Source: an uncultured delta proteobacterium
GTDB taxonomy: Bacteria > Desulfobacterota > Binatia > Binatales > Binataceae
Reading direction: 5' to 3'
Length of the DNA stretch: 64,000 nt
Assembly (NCBI GenBank): GCA_963711565.1
Contig: CAVQEQ010000003.1
Location: 736,001 to 800,000 of the forward strand
Position 1 is the first letter of the stretch. Each line of letters begins with the position of its first letter. Below are positions 1 through 9,493 of the stretch, in pieces. The notes beneath the pieces are model-generated. The model saw nothing but the letters and a program-made list of their open reading frames with translations. It searched no databases and had not been told where the DNA came from. A program made the translations under genes and the position numbers.

Positions 1-744
1 GTCAACGGCGTGGTCGCGATCTCCGGTGGCGTTGCCGATTCGCTCGCGGCTGCGGGCGTCGATCGGCAGCGCATTACGGTTGTCAATAGCGGCGTCAATT
101 GTGAGCACTTCCGTCCGCCGACCATTCAGGAACGTGCCGATGCGCGCGACGCGCTCGGAATTTCCGACGGTGAGCTCCTGATATCGGCGGTTGGCGCGCT
201 CGAGCAGCGCAAGGGCCATCGCTATCTGATCGAAGCGATCGGAGCGCTCGTGAGAAAAGAGAACTTAGTCAAGGTGAGGTGCCTCATCGCAGGTCAGGGT
301 GCTATTGGTCCATTACTCCAAAACGAAGTCGCCCTCCTCAGACGCGCCGACCGCATCAAGCTGATCGGCAGAATCGACGACCCGCGCGAGCTGCTGTGGG
401 CGTCGGACATTTTCACGATGCCGTCGTTGAAGGAAGGTCTTGGTGTAGCGGCTCTGGAAGCGATGGCGAGCGCACTCCCGGTGATTGCAAGCGATGTTGG
501 CGGCCTGCGCGAAGTGGTGGTGCCGGAACGCACGGGGATCATTGTGCCGCCTGCGAATACCGATGCAATCGCTTCGGCGATCAAACGTCTGGCGGAATCG
601 GCGGAGCTGAGAGCGCAGATGGGTGCGGCTGCGCGAGCGCGCGCGGTGGAGAATTACTCGATGGAGCAGATGGCGGCACGGACGCTCGCGCTCTATCGCG
701 AGTGTGTGAGAAAAACGCGGGACGAAAGGGGCGCAGTCGCATGA
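1..744 (+). CDS. Glycosyltransferase family 4 (GT-B), 5'-truncated by the window edge
   Basis: ORF 10..744 contains KGHRYLIEA, PSLKEGLGVAALEAMA and VIASDVGGLRE, the GT4 signature. Its stop overlaps the next ATG (ATGA). Confidence 0.88.
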   Translation, partial: VNGVVAISGGVADSLAAAGVDRQRITVVNSGVNCEHFRPPTIQERADARDALGISDGELLISAVGALEQRKGHRYLIEAIGALVRKENLVKVRCLIAGQGAIGPLLQNEVALLRRADRIKLIGRIDDPRELLWASDIFTMPSLKEGLGVAALEAMASALPVIASDVGGLREVVVPERTGIIVPPANTDAIASAIKRLAESAELRAQMGAAARARAVENYSMEQMAARTLALYRECVRKTRDERGAVA

Positions 745-1616
745 AAAGCATGACGGGATTTGGCAGGGCTATCGCCGAGCATGACGGCACTCGCGTGACT
801 GCCGAAGTGCGCGCACTCAACCAGAGATTTTTTGAACTCAAGCTGGCGGTGCCGCGCGGATGGGGCGAGCATGAAGCGGAGATTCGCAAGACCGTGCAGA
901 GCGTCGTGGCGCGCGGGCGAGTCGAAATTTTTATCAAGGCCGTGGCGTTGAAACCGCCGCCGGTGCGACTCGAGGTCAATGACAGGCTGGCCAATCTGTA
1001 TGTCGCCGAGTTGCGCCGTCTCGGCAAGCAGCTTCATCTCGTTGGCAATCCGGAAATCGGATCGATTCTGAATCGGCCCGAAATTTTTCACGTCGTCGAG
1101 GAAGAGCACGACTCGAGTACGGCGTACAAGCTCGGGCAGAAGGCGCTGGTGCGCGCGTTGAAGGCGCTGGAGGCCGAGCGAGTGCGCGAGGGCCGCAGCC
1201 TGCACGACGACTTCGCGGCGCGGGTGCGCAATATCGAGGCGGCAGTGCCGAAGATCGAAAAGCTGGCAGAGCAGACGCGCGTGGAGATCATGGAAAACTT
1301 TCACAAGCGCATTCGCGAACTGCTCGAAGAGTTGCCGGTCAACGAGAAACGCCTGTATGAGGAGGCGTCGTCGGCGTCGCAGCACGGCGATATCAGCGAA
1401 GAACTCACGCGTCTGCGCACGCATCTTGACGGGCTGAAGGCGCTGCTCAAGCGCAAAGGGCAGGTCGGCAAGTCGATTGAATTTCTGCTGCAGGAAATCA
1501 ACCGTGAAGTAAATACGATGGGATCGAAATCGCAGAACGCGGCGTTATCTCAAGTAACGGTTGAAGTTAAAGCGGAGGCCGAAAAGATGCGCGAGCAGGT
1601 CCAGAACGTCGAATAG
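741..1616 (+). CDS. yicC: YicC/YloC family endoribonuclease
   Basis: MKSMTGFGRA N-terminus, DISEELTRLRTH, FLLQEINREVNTMGSK and EKMREQVQNVE C-terminus. The true start is ATG 741. Confidence 0.95.
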   Translation: MKSMTGFGRAIAEHDGTRVTAEVRALNQRFFELKLAVPRGWGEHEAEIRKTVQSVVARGRVEIFIKAVALKPPPVRLEVNDRLANLYVAELRRLGKQLHLVGNPEIGSILNRPEIFHVVEEEHDSSTAYKLGQKALVRALKALEAERVREGRSLHDDFAARVRNIEAAVPKIEKLAEQTRVEIMENFHKRIRELLEELPVNEKRLYEEASSASQHGDISEELTRLRTHLDGLKALLKRKGQVGKSIEFLLQEINREVNTMGSKSQNAALSQVTVEVKAEAEKMREQVQNVE

Positions 1617-1647
1617 GATATAGCAAAAGGGACTTTGCACTCGCTGA

Positions 1648-2292
1648 ATGCCTTCTATACCCTTGAAATCAGGTGACTCCTTGCCGCCGAGACGGGGTAT
1701 AATCTTCATACTATCGGCGCCGTCGGGCGCTGGCAAAACGACGATTTATCGCGCGGCGCTCAAGGCGATCGCGGGACTGGAATTTTCGATATCGTTGACC
1801 ACGCGCGCGCCGCGCGAAGGCGAGGCGGACGGAATCGATTACAGCTTCGTGCGGGAAGAAGAATTCAAACGCAGGCAATCAGCCGGCGAGCTCGCCGAAT
1901 GGGCGCGTGTGTTCGACTCGTCGTACGGCACACCGCGCGCGCCGCTCGACGCCGCGATCGCCTCGGGCCACGACATCCTGCTCGACATCGACATCCAGGG
2001 TGCGCGGCAGATTCGTGCAAAGTATCCCGACGACGCGGTTTCGATTTTTGTGCTGGCGCCGACGTTTGAAGAACTCGCCGGGCGCCTCCGCGGCCGCGCG
2101 ACCGAGGATGAATCGAAGATTCAACACCGTCTTCAGAAAGCGCGCGAAGAGGCGCAGGCCTATCCCGAATACGACTACCTGATCGTCAACGCGGAGATTT
2201 CCGAATCTGTCGCGCGGCTCGAGACGATCGTAAACGCAGAGCGGCTCAAGGTCAGCCGCCTGCGCGGCGAATTTGCGCCATGGAAGAGCTAG
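1648..2292 (+). CDS. gmk: Guanylate kinase
   Basis: P-loop SAPSGAGKTT, SISLTTRAPREGE and YGTP motifs, LDIDIQGA; follows yicC. Confidence 0.96.
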   Translation: MPSIPLKSGDSLPPRRGIIFILSAPSGAGKTTIYRAALKAIAGLEFSISLTTRAPREGEADGIDYSFVREEEFKRRQSAGELAEWARVFDSSYGTPRAPLDAAIASGHDILLDIDIQGARQIRAKYPDDAVSIFVLAPTFEELAGRLRGRATEDESKIQHRLQKAREEAQAYPEYDYLIVNAEISESVARLETIVNAERLKVSRLRGEFAPWKS

Positions 2293-4496
2293 CGCAAAGC
2301 GTTCCCCCCGACCAACTCGACGGCCTGATCAGCCGGGTGAAGAGCTACAATTCGCAGGCAGACATCGGCTTGATCTTGCGCGCGTACGATTATTCGGCGC
2401 GGATGCATCTGCATCAGAAGCGCGAATCGGGCGAGCCCTACGTCACGCATCCGCTCAACGTCGCGATGATCATCGCGCAGCTCAAGCTCGACGTGCCGTC
2501 GATCGTCACCGGCCTGCTGCACGACGTGGTCGAGGATACGCACGCGTCGCTCGCGGAGGTGCAGACGGCGTTTGGCCCCGAGGTCGCGCAGCTCGTTAAC
2601 GGGGTGACCAAGGTCTCGAAGATCACGTTCCAGAGCCGCGAGGAAAAGCAGGCCGAGAATTTCCGCAAGATGATCATCGCGATGGCGAACGACATTCGCG
2701 TCGTGCTGATCAAGCTGGCCGACCGCCTGCACAATATGCGCACGCTCGACCATCTCTCCGCCGAACGCCAGAATGAAATCGCGAGAGAGACGATGGAAAT
2801 CTACGCGCCGATCGCGCATCGCCTCGGTATTTATTGGCTCAAATCGGAGCTCGAGGACCTGGCGTTTCGTTATTTGAATCCCACCGCGTACCAGGCGCTG
2901 AAGGCGTTTGTCGCAGCGAAGCGCAAGGAGCGCGAAGAATACATCGCGAACGTAATCGCGATCCTGTCGCGCCGCATGTCCGACGGTGGAGTGACGGCCG
3001 AGGTCACCGGCCGGCCGAAGCATTTTTTTTCGATTCACTCGAAGATGCAGGAGCTCGGCCTCAGCTTCGAGGAGATTTACGACCTGGTCGCGTTCCGCAT
3101 CATCGTGGACACGGTGCGCGAATGCTACGAGGCGCTCGGCGTCGTACACGCGAACTGGAAGCCGGTGCCCGGCCGTTTCAAGGATTACATCGCGCTGCCG
3201 AAAGCCAACATGTATCAGTCGCTGCACACGACGGTAATCGGGCCGCGCGGCCAGCGGATGGAAGTGCAGATTCGCACGCGCGAGATGCACAAGGTGGCCG
3301 AGGAAGGAATCGCAGCGCACTGGAGCTACAAGGACGGCAACTCGAAGGAGCTCAAGGACACCGAGCGGTTCGCATGGCTGCGGCGGCTGATCGAATGGCA
3401 GCAGAATCTGAAGGACCCGCAGGAATTTCTGTCCACCGTCAAGGACGACCTGTTTCCCGAAGAGGTTTTCGTCTTCACGCCGAAGGGAGACGTCTTCGAT
3501 TTTCCGCTCGGCTCGACAGTGATCGACTTCGCGTATCGAATCCATTCGCAGGTCGGCAACCATCTCGCGGGCGCGCGCGTCAACGGGCGGATGGTGCCGC
3601 TGCGCTACCGGCTTCGATCGGGCGACACGGTCGAGGTGCTCACGTCCGAAAAGCAGGTGCCGGGCAAGGACTGGACGAACTATGCAGCGACCGCGCGCGC
3701 GAAATCGCGCATCCGCCAATGGCTGCGGAATCAACAGGCGGAGCGCTCGCGCGACCTCGGAATCTCGCTGATCGATCGCGAGCTCGAACCCGTCAAGCTC
3801 AGCGTCACGCAGCTCAGATCGAACAAGCGGCTCGACAAAGTGCTCGGGGAATTTTCGCAGCGCGACGCCGACGGCCTGCTCGCGGCGGTCGGCTACGGAA
3901 TAGTCACACCCGCCCAAGTGCTCGCGAAGCTGCTGACGCCAGATGAACTGAAGATCTATCGTCCCGAGAAACCGCCGACGCCGCTAGGGCCCGCGCAGCG
4001 CGAACGCGCCGCCAAAGAAGCGCGCAAGTCCGCCAGCGGCGCGGTCGTGGTCTCGGGCGTCGGTGACATGCTGGTGCGCTTCGCGAAGTGCTGCAACCCG
4101 CTGCCGGGCGAAGCGATCACCGGCTTCATCACGCGCGGACGCGGCGTTACGGTGCACGTCGCAGGATGTCCGCATGCGCTCAACACCGATCCGCAGCGGC
4201 GCGTGCCGGTAGTCTGGAAGGACGGCGAGGAAGCGCCGCGGCCGATTCGGCTCGAAGTGTTATGCGCCGATCAGCCGGGCCTGCTCGCGGCGATGACCAA
4301 GGCGATCGCGTCGGCGGGCGTGAACATTTCGACCGCTGAAGTGAAGACTCACGGCGCCGACGGACGCGCGCTGGCGCTGTTCGAGGTTAGCGTGAGCAGC
4401 GCGCGTCAATTGAACAATCTGATGAACTCGATCGGCTCGATCGACGGCGTGATGCGCGTGTCGCGCCTCGGCCAGCATAACGGGAATCGCTATTGA
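2280..4496 (+). CDS. relA: Bifunctional (p)ppGpp synthetase/hydrolase Rel (RelA/SpoT)
   Basis: Intact HD motif LLHDVVED, KLADRLHNMRT, GRFKDY (RxKD), YQSLHT, TGS (DFAYRIHS), CCNP and a C-terminal ACT domain. Confidence 0.96.
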   Translation: MEELAQSVPPDQLDGLISRVKSYNSQADIGLILRAYDYSARMHLHQKRESGEPYVTHPLNVAMIIAQLKLDVPSIVTGLLHDVVEDTHASLAEVQTAFGPEVAQLVNGVTKVSKITFQSREEKQAENFRKMIIAMANDIRVVLIKLADRLHNMRTLDHLSAERQNEIARETMEIYAPIAHRLGIYWLKSELEDLAFRYLNPTAYQALKAFVAAKRKEREEYIANVIAILSRRMSDGGVTAEVTGRPKHFFSIHSKMQELGLSFEEIYDLVAFRIIVDTVRECYEALGVVHANWKPVPGRFKDYIALPKANMYQSLHTTVIGPRGQRMEVQIRTREMHKVAEEGIAAHWSYKDGNSKELKDTERFAWLRRLIEWQQNLKDPQEFLSTVKDDLFPEEVFVFTPKGDVFDFPLGSTVIDFAYRIHSQVGNHLAGARVNGRMVPLRYRLRSGDTVEVLTSEKQVPGKDWTNYAATARAKSRIRQWLRNQQAERSRDLGISLIDRELEPVKLSVTQLRSNKRLDKVLGEFSQRDADGLLAAVGYGIVTPAQVLAKLLTPDELKIYRPEKPPTPLGPAQRERAAKEARKSASGAVVVSGVGDMLVRFAKCCNPLPGEAITGFITRGRGVTVHVAGCPHALNTDPQRRVPVVWKDGEEAPRPIRLEVLCADQPGLLAAMTKAIASAGVNISTAEVKTHGADGRALALFEVSVSSARQLNNLMNSIGSIDGVMRVSRLGQHNGNRY

Positions 4497-4879
4497 TGAA
4501 GACTTCGATTCACACCAGGAATGCGCCTGCGGCGATCGGTCCGTACTCGCAAGCGGTCGAGCAAAACGGGCTGGTCTTCTGCTCGGGGCAGATTGCGCTC
4601 GACCCGGCGTCGGGCTCGCTGGTCGAAGGCGGGATCGAATTCGAGACTCGGCGAGTGCTGCAGAACCTCGGCGAAGTGCTCGCGGCTGCCGGGTTGGATT
4701 TCATCGATGTGGTGAAGACGACGATCTTCATGGTCGATCTCGCCGAGTTTGAAATCGTAAACCGCATATACGGAGAACATTTCGAACCGCCGTACCCGGC
4801 GCGTTCGACCGTGCAGGTCGCGGCACTGCCGCGCAACGCGCGCATCGAGATCGACGCGATTGCGCTGAAGCGCGATTGA
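4496..4879 (+). CDS. ridA: RidA/YjgF enamine-imine deaminase
   Basis: APAAIGPYSQA, SGQI, PARSTVQVAALP and IEIDAIA motifs. Confidence 0.93.
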   Translation: MKTSIHTRNAPAAIGPYSQAVEQNGLVFCSGQIALDPASGSLVEGGIEFETRRVLQNLGEVLAAAGLDFIDVVKTTIFMVDLAEFEIVNRIYGEHFEPPYPARSTVQVAALPRNARIEIDAIALKRD

Positions 4880-4888
4880 ATTTTCAAA

Positions 4889-5617
4889 TCATTCCGGATT
4901 CAGAATCGAGAGCGCGGCTGCGTCGAGAATTTGCCCCGACGGATCGAGCTTGCGCGCTGAACGCATCAGGCGCGCAGTATTCGCGCGGCGCATCGCGGAT
5001 GACAACGGCGCGTCGAGGAGCCGCGACTTGTCGAGGTCGATGATGATCACGGTGAAGCTGTCGCGCGCCCGCGTCACCAGCAAGTTGTGCAGATTGAGAT
5101 CGGCGTGAAAGAGCCCCTTGTCGTGCATCGTATCGATCGTGGCGCGCGCTTGCTGCAGAACGTGACTGCGAACCGTCGGGTCGTCGTCGGTCTTGACGAA
5201 TTCCCATAACGTCATTCCGCGCACCGCTCGAGTAAGAAAAAATCCCCGATAAAGGGCGGGGCCGATCCATTCGACCATCGCGCCCATCGGCTCGGCCACT
5301 GGAATTCCGCGGCGCATCGCTTCGATCGTCACGGCAAGCTCGGTCAGCGGCCGCGGCGCAATGCCGACGTAAACGTCGCTGAGGATCGATGCGATTAATC
5401 CGCCGCGACGGCCCCTGCGCGCGTACAGCTCGAGGCCGTCGGCCAGGTTCATCCGAAATGCGCTTTGACGATTGCCCGCGCCCGCTTCCACAGCGGACGT
5501 GAGCTCGCCGAGCTTCTGCAAAATTTGCGCAGCCTGTGCGGCGACATCGCGATGTATCACAAGTTCGCGGCGTCCAATCTTGAACGTCGAGAAGTTCGGG
5601 TCAGAGCGCCACTTCAT
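4889..5617 (-). CDS. Kdo kinase / LPS kinase (KdkA/InaA-like)
   Basis: GRRGGLIASILSDVY, HADLNLHNLL catalytic loop, IIDLDKS and RLMRSARK match the KdkA pattern. It is the last gene of the lipid A cluster. Start taken at ATG 5617. Confidence 0.8.
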   Translation of the reverse strand: MKWRSDPNFSTFKIGRRELVIHRDVAAQAAQILQKLGELTSAVEAGAGNRQSAFRMNLADGLELYARRGRRGGLIASILSDVYVGIAPRPLTELAVTIEAMRRGIPVAEPMGAMVEWIGPALYRGFFLTRAVRGMTLWEFVKTDDDPTVRSHVLQQARATIDTMHDKGLFHADLNLHNLLVTRARDSFTVIIIDLDKSRLLDAPLSSAMRRANTARLMRSARKLDPSGQILDAAALSILNPE

Positions 5618-5631
5618 CTGCGAAGGTGGTC

Positions 5632-6816
5632 TCACGCCTCGGCCACCTCGCTCGTGAGCCACAGTGCGAACAGGGCGGCTAGTGCGAGCAAAGATGAAAT
5701 GAAGTGCGCCGAGTAGAACAGCGCGATGCGGTTCAGATAGTTTCCCGTCGCGAGATTGAGGAGCACGGAAAGCGCGGACAGCGTCCACACCGAGATCGGC
5801 GTACTCTTGCCCGCGGCTCGGTCAGTCCATAGCGCCGCAGTCAGAGCCATGTAAGGCACGAGCATCGCAGCGTAGTAGCTCTTCCACGAAATCGGTGCGA
5901 ACGAAGGCATCAGGCAGAACAATCCGCACAACGCCAAGCGGCTCGCGAAGTTTCGGTGCGCGCCGCTCACCCGGTCCCAGAGCGACACCGCCGCGATGAG
6001 CACTATTTCGAGTCCCATTCCAACGACCGTTGCGGTTGCCGACGTTTCCGCGCCGGTCCCGATGCGAAGGCTCATCAGGCGCGCGACTGCGGAGACGGCC
6101 GACTGGTTCGTAAGCATCGTGCGATAGCGATTCGTCATCGAAGCGATCGCCGTCAAGTATGCGGCGGTCTGATCGATCCATCCGCGCGGTCCGAAGATCA
6201 CGACTGGTACAACGAGCAGCGCGACTCCCGCTACGACGGCCCATCCGAGTGTGAAGAAACGCTTTCGAATCGCGAGATGAATCGCGGCGAGCACTGCGAA
6301 CGGTTTAATCAGTATGGCAGCAGCGAGCATCAGTCCCGCCGAGGCATCGTGAGATTCATCCGCATAGGCGATCGCCCACACGATCAGCGCGAGTGTCGGC
6401 AGATTTATCTGGCCGTGATCGAAATTGTTGTCGATGAACCGAAACGACAGCAGCACCGGGACGACGATCAGCGCGGCCGGGAGTTGCCGCTCGCGGCCGA
6501 ACAGAATCACGCCGGCGCCAAGGATCAATTCGATCAGCGAAAATGCGTTGATCAGGAAAAAAACAAATTGCGCGAGATGGCGTGGCAGCAGCGCGAGTGG
6601 CGCGAACCCGATCGCAAAGATCGGCGCGTAGAGAAAGCGATCGGAGTCGTCGGGCGGATAGATCGCATGGCCGAGAAGCACGCGATGCCCCGCGCGATAG
6701 TAAACGTTGAAGTCGCCCTGCGCACGAAATGTGGCCGAGATGCCGAGCCCGGCGAGGTAGACGGCGATCGCGAGCCATGCGAGTTGGCGGGCGCGCGTCG
6801 CGTCGATCGGTTTCAT
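5632..6816 (-). CDS. GT-C membrane glycosyltransferase, GT87/DUF2029-like
   Basis: DFNVYY, FLYAP, GQIN, IKP, NQS and PISW motifs with multiple TM helices. Confidence 0.8.
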   Translation of the reverse strand: MKPIDATRARQLAWLAIAVYLAGLGISATFRAQGDFNVYYRAGHRVLLGHAIYPPDDSDRFLYAPIFAIGFAPLALLPRHLAQFVFFLINAFSLIELILGAGVILFGRERQLPAALIVVPVLLSFRFIDNNFDHGQINLPTLALIVWAIAYADESHDASAGLMLAAAILIKPFAVLAAIHLAIRKRFFTLGWAVVAGVALLVVPVVIFGPRGWIDQTAAYLTAIASMTNRYRTMLTNQSAVSAVARLMSLRIGTGAETSATATVVGMGLEIVLIAAVSLWDRVSGAHRNFASRLALCGLFCLMPSFAPISWKSYYAAMLVPYMALTAALWTDRAAGKSTPISVWTLSALSVLLNLATGNYLNRIALFYSAHFISSLLALAALFALWLTSEVAEA

Positions 6817-6858
6817 TTTCACTGCGGAAGGCAGGAATGCCCGCGCGCCGCGGCGAGG

Positions 6859-7029
6859 TCACGCGATCGGCTTGGCTTCCTCGATCAGCATGATTGGAAT
6901 GTCGTCGCGCACCGGATACACGAGTCTGCACGCGCCGCAGACCAGGCCGTCCTGCTGCTCGTTGAGATGCAGGTCGCCCTTGCATTTCGGGCACGCCAGG
7001 ATGTCGAGCAATTCCTGACTCAGCGCCAT
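6859..7029 (-). CDS. Trm112/YcaR family small protein (56 aa, not in the ORF track)
   Basis: Manual translation gives MALSQELLDILACPKCKGDLHLNEQQDGLVCGACRLVYPVRDDIPIMLIEEAKPIA. It sits in the usual position after lpxK. Confidence 0.93.
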   Translation of the reverse strand: MALSQELLDILACPKCKGDLHLNEQQDGLVCGACRLVYPVRDDIPIMLIEEAKPIA

Positions 7030-7050
7030 CGCCGAAATCCTCCACGAACT

Positions 7051-8175
7051 TTATTTTTTCTGCAATGCATCCGTCGCCGCCGTAATGCGCCCGATTATCA
7101 ACTCGTCGAGCGCGCGCGCATCTGCCACGTCCATCGTCACTTCGAGCTTGAGAGCGTATAGCGAATCGCGCGGGAACGGAAACCGCTCCAGCTTGACGAG
7201 GTCCTTCTCAGTGGTGACGACGAGATCCGTTTCGCGCATCGCGTTCACAATAGCCTGCCAGTCAGCGTTGGTGTAGGCGTGATGATCCGGATACTCGAAA
7301 ACGCCGACGAGTTCCGCGTCGAGTTCGCGCAGCATCGCGTAGAACCCGCTGGGATCCGCCAGGCCGCTGACGGCCAGCACGCGCCGTCCCCCCAGTCCCA
7401 GCGGAGTTTCCCGCCACACACCATTCTCGACCAGCAGCAAGGCGCGCGGCCGCACCGACGCGTGCAGTATTTTGCCCGCGGTCAGCTTCTTCATCTGCGA
7501 CGGTCGAATCGCAGACGCGCCGGTTCCCGAGCTCATCACTATGATCGCGTCGGCGCGTGCGACTGCACGGATCGAATCGCGCATCGGCCCCGCCGGCAGC
7601 ATCCAGCCGTTGCCGAAGCCGCGCTCGTTGCTCACCAGCACGAGATCAACGTCGCGACTCAAGCGGACGTGCTGAAAGCCGTCGTCCAGAATCACCGCAT
7701 CGAGCGGACCGAGCCGGCTCAGCAGCTCGATTCCGTCGAGGCGCCGCTTCGCAACCGCGATCGGCCCGGTGAACGACTTCGCCATCATCGCCGGCTCGTC
7801 GCCGGCATCTTCAGGCGATATTTTCAATTGACCGCCGTCAGCCACAAGCTCGGCGGGTGCCCCGGATCGCGCGCGCAGGTAGCCGCGACTCACGATTCCG
7901 ACGCGCAGGCCGTGGCTCTGCAAGCGCTTGGCGAGAAATAACGTGAATGGAGTCTTGCCGGTTCCGCCGACCGTCAGATTGCCGACGCTCACCGTCAGCA
8001 CGGGCGCGCGCCGTTTCATCATCTGCCAATACAGATGACGCGCGCCGACGCCGACCCGGTAAAATCCCGCCGCAGCCGCGAGCCCGACCCACGCAGGAAG
8101 AAGGCGCGCTGGAAGATCGCGCTGCCACAATCGCTCGATTCGTGGGCGACTCGGACTCGGCTCGCTTGGGGGCAT
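7051..8175 (-). CDS. lpxK: Tetraacyldisaccharide 4'-kinase
   Basis: VGNLTVGGTGKTP, SRGY, GDEP, ILDDGFQH, PAGPMR, PDHH and TTEKD motifs. Confidence 0.96.
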   Translation of the reverse strand: MPPSEPSPSRPRIERLWQRDLPARLLPAWVGLAAAAGFYRVGVGARHLYWQMMKRRAPVLTVSVGNLTVGGTGKTPFTLFLAKRLQSHGLRVGIVSRGYLRARSGAPAELVADGGQLKISPEDAGDEPAMMAKSFTGPIAVAKRRLDGIELLSRLGPLDAVILDDGFQHVRLSRDVDLVLVSNERGFGNGWMLPAGPMRDSIRAVARADAIIVMSSGTGASAIRPSQMKKLTAGKILHASVRPRALLLVENGVWRETPLGLGGRRVLAVSGLADPSGFYAMLRELDAELVGVFEYPDHHAYTNADWQAIVNAMRETDLVVTTEKDLVKLERFPFPRDSLYALKLEVTMDVADARALDELIIGRITAATDALQKK

Positions 8176-8178
8176 CGG

Positions 8179-9447
8179 TCAGCCGAGATTAATGAGCCCT
8201 TCGAGCTGCTTCAAGGCGAGCTGCGCGCCGCCCGATCCTCTGCTCACCGATGCACGGGCGCGACGACCCGCCTCTTCCCGCGTCGCGTCGTCGCCGAGCC
8301 ATTTTGAAGCTTCGATTACGATGTCAGCTGCGTCTTTGACAATTCGCGCGCCGCCCGAACTCACAATCGACGACACCATCTCCTTTTGATTCTCATGATA
8401 CGGACCGATCAACACCGGAACCTCGACCAGCGCGGGTTCGGCCGGATTTTGCCCGCCACGTCCCGGCGCGAGGCTGCCGCCGACGAACGCGATTGCCCCG
8501 CGACGATAGAAGCTGCGCAGCTCGCCCATCGTGTCGAGAATCAAAACGTCCGCGTCCCGCGCCGCGCCGGATGAATTGAGTTGCGACGCTTTGACGTAAT
8601 CGAGGGACGCAGCACGCAGCGCGTTTTCGACATCCGGCGTGCGATCGAGATGGCGCGGGGCAATCGTCAATGCGAGCTGCGGAAAGTCCTTGCGCAGTTC
8701 ACGGTAAGCGTTCGCGATCACCGCGTCCTCGCCCGGCGCCGTCGATCCAGCAATAAAAATTTGGCGACCGGATGCGAACGCCAGCAGCTCGGGACGAATC
8801 TGCTCTTCGGTCAACGTCTCCGCATTCGCCGCTTCGATCTTGGTGTTGCCGGTGACGACGATCTTTGCCGTGAGATCGAATTTCGCGTAACGCCGCGCGT
8901 CATCGTCGCTCTGCGTCAGAATCAGGGTCGCGCGGCCGAGCGCATCGTGAAACAGCCCGCGTGCGCGCAAATAACGGCGCATCGAACGTTCCGAGATGCG
9001 GCCGTTGACCACCGCGATCGTCGCACCCGCCCGCGCCGATTCGAGGAAATAGTTCGGCCAGATTTCAGTCTCAGTGATCAGCACCACGCTCGGCTGCACG
9101 CGCGCCAGAAAAGATCGCACCGCGCTTCGATTGTCGAATGGCGCGAGCATCCAGGCCGCTGCGCCCGGGATCCGCCGCTGAGCCGCCTCGCGTCCCGTCG
9201 CCGTCATCGTAGTGATTGTCATGATCGCGCCCGGATGACGTTCGAGCAGGCCGTTGGCGACCGGCCGAATCGCTTCGATCTCGCCGACCGACGCCGCATG
9301 AATCCAGATTCGCGACGCGCCCGTAATCTCCGGAAAATCGCCGTGCCCCATGCGCTCGCGATAGTCGCGCATGCTCGCCGGATGCGCGGCTATCAGCGCA
9401 AACGGCAGCGCCGGGTACCACAGCAAATTGTAAATCGCGCTTAGCAT
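8179..9447 (-). CDS. waaA: Kdo transferase
   Basis: WIHAASVGE, ETEIWPN, NGRIS, GNTK, APRH, DTMGEL, FVGGSL and GGQNPAEP motifs. Start ATG 9447. Confidence 0.95.
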   Translation of the reverse strand: MLSAIYNLLWYPALPFALIAAHPASMRDYRERMGHGDFPEITGASRIWIHAASVGEIEAIRPVANGLLERHPGAIMTITTMTATGREAAQRRIPGAAAWMLAPFDNRSAVRSFLARVQPSVVLITETEIWPNYFLESARAGATIAVVNGRISERSMRRYLRARGLFHDALGRATLILTQSDDDARRYAKFDLTAKIVVTGNTKIEAANAETLTEEQIRPELLAFASGRQIFIAGSTAPGEDAVIANAYRELRKDFPQLALTIAPRHLDRTPDVENALRAASLDYVKASQLNSSGAARDADVLILDTMGELRSFYRRGAIAFVGGSLAPGRGGQNPAEPALVEVPVLIGPYHENQKEMVSSIVSSGGARIVKDAADIVIEASKWLGDDATREEAGRRARASVSRGSGGAQLALKQLEGLINLG

Positions 9448-9493
9448 CGAAGGCCTCGGCACGGCTGACAGTCGAATCTGCGATCGACGATTG

